Source: Okeania sp. (lineage in GTDB: Bacteria > Cyanobacteriota > Cyanobacteriia > Cyanobacteriales > Microcoleaceae). From it: a DNA stretch of 32,000 nt. Below, one piece after another: positions 26,175 through 32,000 of this stretch. Position numbers and translations under genes: made by a program. The notes under the pieces were generated by a model. It had not been told where the DNA came from. It searched no databases and saw only the letters and a program-made list of their open reading frames with translations. Numbering within the stretch: position 1 is the stretch's first letter; the number at the start of each line of letters is the position of its first letter. The stretch is taken from assembly GCF_035285525.1 (NCBI RefSeq), contig NZ_JAYKGW010000258.1:4096-36095 (forward strand), read 5' to 3'.

Positions 26175-27914
26175 ATGGATTTTGAACGACCATTAGGCTC
26201 AGTAATTCAAGGTTCCCTCAGTCAAGGATTAGAAGTACGACTCCATCCAGATATATTAGTGGAAGATATGCGCGTTGGTAAATTTTTAGTCGTACAAGGA
26301 GTACGCACTCATTTTTTCTGCATGTTAACTGATGTTTTATTAGGAACATCTAGCGAACGAATAATGATTAACCCCCCCCTTCCCACAGATGATTTTTTGC
26401 AATCTGTTTTAGCTGGAGGTAGCACCTACGGAACTATCGAACTTGCTCCCATGTTAATGTTAGTTATTGCTCCAGAAACATCATCAGCTTCTTTCAATTT
26501 TGACCAAAATAATGACAATCAAAAACAATTAAAATCAATCGAAAATTTAGCATCTTTTGAAGCTCAAAGCAGTGCTGAAATTCAATTAATGCCAGTCAAA
26601 ACTATTCCTAGTCATTTTTCCCAAGTTTATGAAGCAAGTGTCAAAGATTTTAGTCTAGTTTTTGGTAGAGAAGACGACCCGACTCGCCGGAATTTTGCTG
26701 TGGGTAAACCTATTGATATGGATGTACCTGTTTGTTTAGATTTAGATAGATTTGTAGAGCGGAGTAATGGCATTTTTGGTAAGTCGGGAACTGGTAAATC
26801 TTTTCTGACTCGTCTCCTTTTATCTGGCATTATTCGGAAGGGTGCTGCGGTAAATTTAATTTTTGATATGCACTCTGAATATGGTTGGGAAGCTATGGCG
26901 GAAGGGAAACAAGTTAGTACGGTAAAAGGTTTACGACAATTATTTCCGGATCGAGTAGAACTTTGGACTCTTGACCCAGAATCTACTAAACGTAGAGGTG
27001 TTCGAGATGCACGAGAACTGTATCTTAGCTATAATCAAATTGAGGTTGAGGATATTGGGTTGGTGCAACGGGAGTTGAATTTATCTGAGGCAAGTATTGA
27101 TAGTGCAAATATTCTTAGAAGTGAATTTGGTAAGTCTTGGATTACTCAATTATTGGCAATGACTAATGAAGATATTCAGATATTTTGTGATGAAAAAAGA
27201 GGTCATAAAGGTTCGATTATGTCGTTGCAAAGAAAACTTTTACGGCTGGATAATTTGAAATATATGCAGACTAAAAATACTAATAATTATATAGGAGAAA
27301 TTTTAGAATCTTTAGATGCAGGAAAACACGTTATTATTGAATTTGGTTCCCAGTCAAATATGCTTTCTTATATGTTAGCTGCTAATATGATTACTCGCAG
27401 AATTCATAATAGTTATGTGCGGAAAGCAGATAAATTTTTAAGTTCTAAAAATCCTAGCGATCGCCCTCAACAATTAGTTATAACTATTGAGGAAGCTCAC
27501 CGTTTTTTAGACCCTGCTATTGTACGTTCAACTATTTTTGGTACTATCGCTAGAGAGATGCGGAAATATTTTGTAACTTTATTAGTAGTAGACCAACGAC
27601 CTTCGGGAATAGATGCGGAAGTTATGTCTCAGATTGGTACAAGAGTTACTGCTTTGTTAAATGATGATAAAGATATTGATTCTATTTTTACGGGAGTTTC
27701 TGGGGGTCATAGTTTGCGGTCTGTTTTGGCAAAGTTAGATTCTAAACAACAAGCTTTAGTATTAGGTCATGCGGTACCGATGCCTGTAGTTATTCAAACC
27801 CGTGCTTATGACCAGACTTTTTATCAGGAAATAGGAGATACGGATTGGCGGTATGTTTCTGATAATGAACTTTTTGAAGCAGCTCAGGTAGCTTTGGATG
27901 ATATTGGGTTTTAG
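26175..27914 (+). CDS. HerA/FtsK-superfamily ATPase (DUF87-like), 579 aa.
   Basis: Walker A FGKSGTGKSFL. Walker B QLVITIEEAHRFL. VVDQRPS and the N-terminal barrel-like segment (GSVIQGSLSQGLEVRL...VGKFLVV) fit the HerA architecture. Confidence 0.8.
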   Translation: MDFERPLGSVIQGSLSQGLEVRLHPDILVEDMRVGKFLVVQGVRTHFFCMLTDVLLGTSSERIMINPPLPTDDFLQSVLAGGSTYGTIELAPMLMLVIAPETSSASFNFDQNNDNQKQLKSIENLASFEAQSSAEIQLMPVKTIPSHFSQVYEASVKDFSLVFGREDDPTRRNFAVGKPIDMDVPVCLDLDRFVERSNGIFGKSGTGKSFLTRLLLSGIIRKGAAVNLIFDMHSEYGWEAMAEGKQVSTVKGLRQLFPDRVELWTLDPESTKRRGVRDARELYLSYNQIEVEDIGLVQRELNLSEASIDSANILRSEFGKSWITQLLAMTNEDIQIFCDEKRGHKGSIMSLQRKLLRLDNLKYMQTKNTNNYIGEILESLDAGKHVIIEFGSQSNMLSYMLAANMITRRIHNSYVRKADKFLSSKNPSDRPQQLVITIEEAHRFLDPAIVRSTIFGTIAREMRKYFVTLLVVDQRPSGIDAEVMSQIGTRVTALLNDDKDIDSIFTGVSGGHSLRSVLAKLDSKQQALVLGHAVPMPVVIQTRAYDQTFYQEIGDTDWRYVSDNELFEAAQVALDDIGF

Positions 27915-28021
27915 TTGAAAAGTTTACGATAATTCTGTTTCAAAAAGGTCATTTCGGTTATTATATTAATAGCTCGTAGCTGTTGTTAAATTATTAGAAA
28001 GGAAAATTGAAAGATTACCTT

Positions 28022-28273
28022 AATTAGGGTTTGCTGAAAAAGTCTTTTAGTGGAGGGGAGGAGCCAGAATCCAGCAATCCTGCAATCCAGGAGGAATGGA
28101 AATCAGAGAAGAAGTAGCCAGAAGAATCTTCCCTTAATTTTTTACCCCTAGCTTTGCTCAAAATCGTAGATTTTTAAGCTGGAATCACCTAAAAGCTGGT
28201 AGTTTCTTAGTATCTATAAATACTGAAAGCAATGCCCATAAACACTTTGATAAATAATTCAGCAAGCCCTAAT
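28022..28273. mobile_element. Full copy of the ~225-250 bp MITE family.
   Basis: TIR AATTAGGGTTTGCTGAAAAAG ... AATTCAGCAAGCCCTAATT. Internal CCCTTAATTTTTTACCCC. Confidence 0.75.
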
Positions 28274-28351
28274 TAATAACCAGATTTGTGAGAAAATAAT
28301 GGTTGAAATAATAGAATTAACTCTGGAAATCTGCTATTTCAATGTAATCAG

Positions 28352-28460
28352 CAAGTTCCAGATATATGAAGTACAGATATTCATAATTAAGTGTCTCTAG
28401 GGTATCTCGCCCGCGACAGGTGTAACTCACCAAAAAGAATCCTCTATAACTTTCTAATTT
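28352..28460 (+). repeat. E2, an uninterrupted copy of the E element. Its core ATCTCGCCCGCGA (28404-28416) lies 74 nt upstream of the ferredoxin-like ORF.
   Basis: Aligned by eye with E1. Shared CTCTAGGGTATCT(T/C)GCCCGCGA and (A/C)CTCACC...ATC(C/T)CTATAA. Confidence 0.8.
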
Positions 28461-28489
28461 ATTGATTTTTAACTTGAGCAAACTAACAG

Positions 28490-28723
28490 ATGAAAATAAT
28501 TTTTTTGCCAGATAATATTACTGTTGATGCAGAAGTAGGAGAACCACTTTTAGAAGTAGCTGAACGTGCTGGAATTATAATTCCAACAGGTTGTTTAATG
28601 GGTTCTTGTCATGCTTGTGAAGTAGAAATTGATGACGGTCAAACTATTTGTGCTTGTATCACAGCAGTTCCTCCTGAAAGAAAAGAAATGACTATCAATC
28701 TTGCTGGAGATATAGATTGGTAA
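28490..28723 (+). CDS. Small 2Fe-2S ferredoxin-like protein, 77 aa.
   Basis: Cys pattern GCLMGSCHACEV...CAC and the beta-grasp-like N-terminus (KIIFLPDNITVDAEVGEPLLEVAERAGI). Confidence 0.75.
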   Translation: MKIIFLPDNITVDAEVGEPLLEVAERAGIIIPTGCLMGSCHACEVEIDDGQTICACITAVPPERKEMTINLAGDIDW

Positions 28724-28764
28724 ATTACCAGAAAAAATTATGTTTTGGGAAATAATTAATTTGC

Positions 28765-29214
28765 TTATTTTTCCTTTTTTTCTAACGCAATAACATAATC
28801 ACGAAATCTTTCCAAATCTGCCATTAAAGTAGATTCTACTACCCTGCCCAAAAATAAATTATCCATTATTTTAATTAACCACCCAGGAACTTTGTAAGCT
28901 ACAGTTAACCTTACAATACTACTACCATGACGGTCATAAAAACGGATTGCTCCTCGATTAGGTAATCCATCCACAGATTCCCACTGAATAATTTGATGAG
29001 TAACTATTCTATTAATCTTAGAAAGCCAACTAAACTCAATATTGCCAGTAGCTAATTTCCATCTAGATAAGTCTGGATTATCTTCAAGAATTTTAACAGA
29101 TTCTATCCACTTCATCCATTGTGGCATTTCTTCTAAATCAGACCAAAGATTCCATACTAAATCTATGGGGGCAGCTACTTCTATTTGTACACTATGTTCT
29201 AGCCAATCAGACAT
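28765..29214 (-). CDS. SRPBCC (cyclase/dehydrase, START-like) family protein.
   Basis: VWNLWSDLEEMPQWMKWIESV and the overall about 150-aa layout are typical. It lies downstream of zds on the same strand. Confidence 0.75.
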   Translation of the reverse strand: MSDWLEHSVQIEVAAPIDLVWNLWSDLEEMPQWMKWIESVKILEDNPDLSRWKLATGNIEFSWLSKINRIVTHQIIQWESVDGLPNRGAIRFYDRHGSSIVRLTVAYKVPGWLIKIMDNLFLGRVVESTLMADLERFRDYVIALEKKEK

Positions 29215-29297
29215 TTCAGTTATCAGTTATCAGTTATTAGTTATCAGCTTTTTCAGTTATCAGTTATCAGCTTTTTCAGCTATAAGTTATCAGTTTA
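29215..29297. repeat. CAGTTAT heptamer array (about 11 units with two CTTTTT interruptions), directly abutting the SRPBCC start codon.
   Basis: Read directly: TCAGTTATCAGTTATCAGTTATTAGTTATCAGCTTTTTCAGTTATCAGTTATCAGCTTTTTCAGCTATAAGTTATCAG. Confidence 0.95.
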
Positions 29298-29390
29298 GTT
29301 AAGATTTGAACAGAAATATTGGTCTTACTATTCTTTCGATTACTTTCTCTAATAACCCCCCTTTATTCCTAACTTTTAACTAGAGCTTGC

Positions 29391-29617
29391 TGAATAAATT
29401 TTAATGTCTTTACAGATCAAGGTTATAGCTTTTTTAGACATCGAAAAGTACCAGCTTTTAGATGGTAAGGGTATGGTAGGATTCCCGAGAAATCAGTGAA
29501 AAATCAAAAAGTTAGTGTTTTAGGGTGAGGCGAGTCATAAAAATCAAGAAACAATTATTCCTGCCTTTTTCTCTATCTTCTCACCCTTCCCACACTCTGC
29601 TTTTTTCAGCAAACCAT
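29391..29617. mobile_element. Copy of the ~225-250 bp MITE family (degenerate TIRs TAGAGCTTGCTGAATAAA ... TTTTCAGCAAACCATA).
   Basis: Internal AAAAGTACCAGCTTTTAG and AAAAATCAAAAAGTTAGTG match other copies. Confidence 0.6.
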
Positions 29618-30048
29618 AACTACTTCATTTATTAGACATTAATAGTTATTAATTATTAACTATACAATACAAAGTTATTCTAAAAAATAATTTGCTTATT
29701 TGACTAAAAATCTTACTAGAAAAAATTTACAGCTATTAAAGTTCTCAAGAGAAAGTGTTTGATTTTTAGAACGTTGCCAAAAGCTTTAGCTAGTAATACT
29801 TATAGTCATTTAATTTAAGATTGAAACATTTTTTCGTCTGAAATACTTTTCTAGCAAAAAAACACTTATCTCATTTTGATCGCAGTTTTCATTAACATAG
29901 AATACAGAGATTTCTGGTTGAAAGACAGAAGGCATAATTTTTGTAGTCTACCCTTGTGAAAACCGCTATGAGTTGAATAAATGTACTTCAAGAACTTTGC
30001 ACTGTCTAGTTATTAAATTATTAATTATTAATTGTTAATTATTAATTG

Positions 30049-31503
30049 TTAACTATTCCCTAAAATATTTTCAACATTTGCCAAAATTATCTTAGCAGCT
30101 TGCTTTCCAGAAATAGTTGCCCCTTCCATACTGTCAATATAATCCTGTTGAGTATAACTACCCGCCAGAAAAAAGTTAGGTACTGGTGTCTGCTGATTCG
30201 GACGATATGGATCCATACCAGGAGCTTCCCGATATAAAGACTGAGCTAACTTCACCACACTATACCAAGTCATATTTAATTCCCGTGAAGAAGGAAATAA
30301 CTCATGGACTTGCTTTAATACATGGTGAGCGATCGCTTCATTATTTTCCTTAATAAAAGGATCGCCAGGCGTCAATACCAACTGCAATAAAGAACCTTCT
30401 CCTTTTCGGTAATAATCTGCCGGACTTGTTAATGCCAAATCCGCAAAACAAGAAAAGTCAGCATCTGGAGTATAAAGCAAATTATCAATACCAACAGCAC
30501 GCTCTAACTGTTGACGTTGGTTTTTGTCATGTAGCTCTGTCACCCAACCATCAAATCTTAACTGTACCGTAGCAACTGGCACCGCATCCAATTTATAAAT
30601 ATTGTCAAACTCCGGCCATTTTCGCCAAGCTTCTGGTAGAATGCGCTGAATACCTGGTACATCACAGGCAAAAACATAAGCATCAGCAGTAATAGTTTCT
30701 GCGGTATCCCCATTAGCGACAACTATTCCACTGACACGAGTTTCTCCATCATTCTCAGAAAATTGAATTTCCCGAACTTGTCGTCTGGTAAAAATTTTAG
30801 TACCCCGTTTCTCCAAATAATCAACAATAGGTTTGTGGAGATATTCATAAGGAGAACCTTCCAACATTCGCAACACAGATGCTTCAGTTTTAACAGCAAA
30901 TAATTGGAATATTGTCAACATACATCGAGCAGAAATATTATCCGCATCAATAAACCCTAGAGCATAAGCAATAGGATTCCACATTCTCTTAATACTACCA
31001 TCAGACCCACCTTGCCCACGGAACCAATCTCCAAAACTAACCTTATCCAAATCTCGAATAGTTTTCATTGCCCCATCAAAATCTACCAATCCTCTAACTA
31101 TCGGACTCGTACCCAAGGCAATGGCATTTTGTAATTTATCTTGCACAGATAACTGAGATGTGGTAAAGAAAGCCTTTAATCCATTAAAAGGCGCTCCCGT
31201 GAGAAAACGAAAATCCAAAGAACCCGTATTGCCCCCTTTATTAATAAAGTTGTGAGTATGTTCCTTCAGACGGAGATTTTGAATAGCTCCTACTTTTCTC
31301 ATTAACTCAAAAAGTTGGTAGTAACAGCCAAAGAAAACGTGCAAACCCATTTCCACATGGTTTCCATCTCCATCTACCCAACTACCTACCTTCCCTCCCA
31401 CAAAAGGCCGAGATTCAAATATTTCCACTTGATGTCCAGCATCGGCCAATTCTACAGCAGTGGCCATTCCTGCTAATCCTGCACCTGCGATCGCAACTCG
31501 CAT
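30049..31503 (-). CDS. crtQ: Zeta-carotene desaturase.
   Basis: [62 protein letters not shown] is the ZDS-type N-terminus (FAD-binding Rossmann fold). Full length, 484 aa. Confidence 0.93.
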   Translation of the reverse strand: MRVAIAGAGLAGMATAVELADAGHQVEIFESRPFVGGKVGSWVDGDGNHVEMGLHVFFGCYYQLFELMRKVGAIQNLRLKEHTHNFINKGGNTGSLDFRFLTGAPFNGLKAFFTTSQLSVQDKLQNAIALGTSPIVRGLVDFDGAMKTIRDLDKVSFGDWFRGQGGSDGSIKRMWNPIAYALGFIDADNISARCMLTIFQLFAVKTEASVLRMLEGSPYEYLHKPIVDYLEKRGTKIFTRRQVREIQFSENDGETRVSGIVVANGDTAETITADAYVFACDVPGIQRILPEAWRKWPEFDNIYKLDAVPVATVQLRFDGWVTELHDKNQRQQLERAVGIDNLLYTPDADFSCFADLALTSPADYYRKGEGSLLQLVLTPGDPFIKENNEAIAHHVLKQVHELFPSSRELNMTWYSVVKLAQSLYREAPGMDPYRPNQQTPVPNFFLAGSYTQQDYIDSMEGATISGKQAAKIILANVENILGNS

Positions 31504-31605
31504 TTTTTAGTTCCTTCCTTAGTTTTTTTTACAATTTTTAACAATTTTAGCAATAGTAAGCTATTGTGGGGTTCTAAAAAGTAATTTGCTTTGAAAAAAT
31601 AATAG

Positions 31606-31650
31606 AACTCTAGGCATCTTGCCCGCGATGAGTTTAACTAACTAAACTAG
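31606..31650 (+). repeat. E3, a third copy of the E-element core (ATCTTGCCCGCGA, 31616-31628). It lies 113 nt upstream of crtQ but antisense to it.
   Basis: CTCTAGGCATCTTGCCCGCGATGAG matches E1 and E2. Adjacent sequence (31700-31760) resembles the interior of the 87-bp MITE. Confidence 0.65.
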
Positions 31651-31856
31651 CATCTGCTGTATCTGTATCAAGAATTAAGGATTTTTTTCGGTTTAAACAC
31701 TATAATCTATTGTGCAATAGTTTTTGAACTCTAGATATAGTGCCTCTAGGTAATTCTTGTTCAAATCAATGACACAAATTATGGAGAATACTTTTGTTGG
31801 GTTGAGGGACGAAACCCAACCTACATATATAAATACTCAGTTATCTATTTTTCCTT

Positions 31857-32000
31857 CCTCCCTACTCCCTACTCCCTACTCCCTACTTCGTACTCCCTAC
31901 TTCGTACTCCCTACTTCGTACTCCCTACTTCGTACTCCCTACTTCGTACTCCCTACTTCGTACTCCCTACTTCGTACTCCCTACTTCGTACTCCCTACTT
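31857..32000. repeat. Heptamer array: TACTCCC x3, then alternating TACTTCG/TACTCCC (14-bp super-unit, at least 8 copies), running off the window end.
   Basis: Read directly. Related GGGAGTA/GGGATTA heptamers occur at 6463-6480 and 8709-8740. Confidence 0.95.

Noticed and set aside
29825-29925. Isolated GATTGAAAC and GGTTGAAAG strings reminiscent of CRISPR repeat 3' ends (including type V-K).
   Set aside because: Single short occurrences with no repeat partner, no array, and no cas or Tn7-like genes in the window.
1-32000. Search for tRNA, rRNA, tmRNA, RNase P RNA, SRP RNA, transposase, integrase or reverse-transcriptase genes.
   Set aside because: No T-loop (GGTTCGAATCC-like) cloverleaf candidates, conserved RNase P or tmRNA blocks, or enzyme ORFs were seen by eye. 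Absence is not proven without tRNAscan or Infernal-type scans.

Overview
Low-GC segment (about one third G+C by eye) of a cyanobacterial chromosome. Support: psbB-psbT, nine HIP1 octamers (GCGATCGC), and STRR-like heptamer arrays. It looks like a repeat-rich filamentous lineage; the species cannot be determined from sequence alone. Supported genes, left to right: a frameshifted TPR gene; a small accessory islet (acidic 117-aa ORF, possible 24-aa hydrophobic micro-ORF, Xre/DUF2384 antitoxin, RES toxin); metK; HAD hydrolase; rpsA; nrdR; psbT (absent from the ORF track, found by eye); psbB; a 107-aa hypothetical; a double-SH3b secreted protein; pheS; surE; a zinc-ribbon membrane protein; a GT39/ArnT-like glycosyltransferase; a membrane-anchored Ig plus beta-propeller protein; a HerA/DUF87-like ATPase; a 2Fe-2S ferredoxin-like protein; an SRPBCC protein; and zeta-carotene desaturase. 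Supported ORFs cover only about 58% of the window (summed from coordinates). The intergenic DNA is saturated with at least seven families of small repeats: about 225-250 bp MITE-like elements, about 87-105 bp hairpin MITEs, SDR-like GTAAGCATTCAGC modules, GC-rich hairpins, heptamer arrays and two tandem arrays. Two MITE insertions can be shown directly because filled and empty paralogous sites both lie in the window. I recognised no rRNA, tRNA, CRISPR array, transposase, integrase or reverse transcriptase. I do not see a convincing multi-gene novel system. The best candidates are the atypically split Xre-RES locus with its uncharacterised neighbours, the orphan HerA-like ATPase, and several repeat or RNA-like elements with structural conservation. 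All functional calls rest on motif recognition in the supplied translations; no searches were run.
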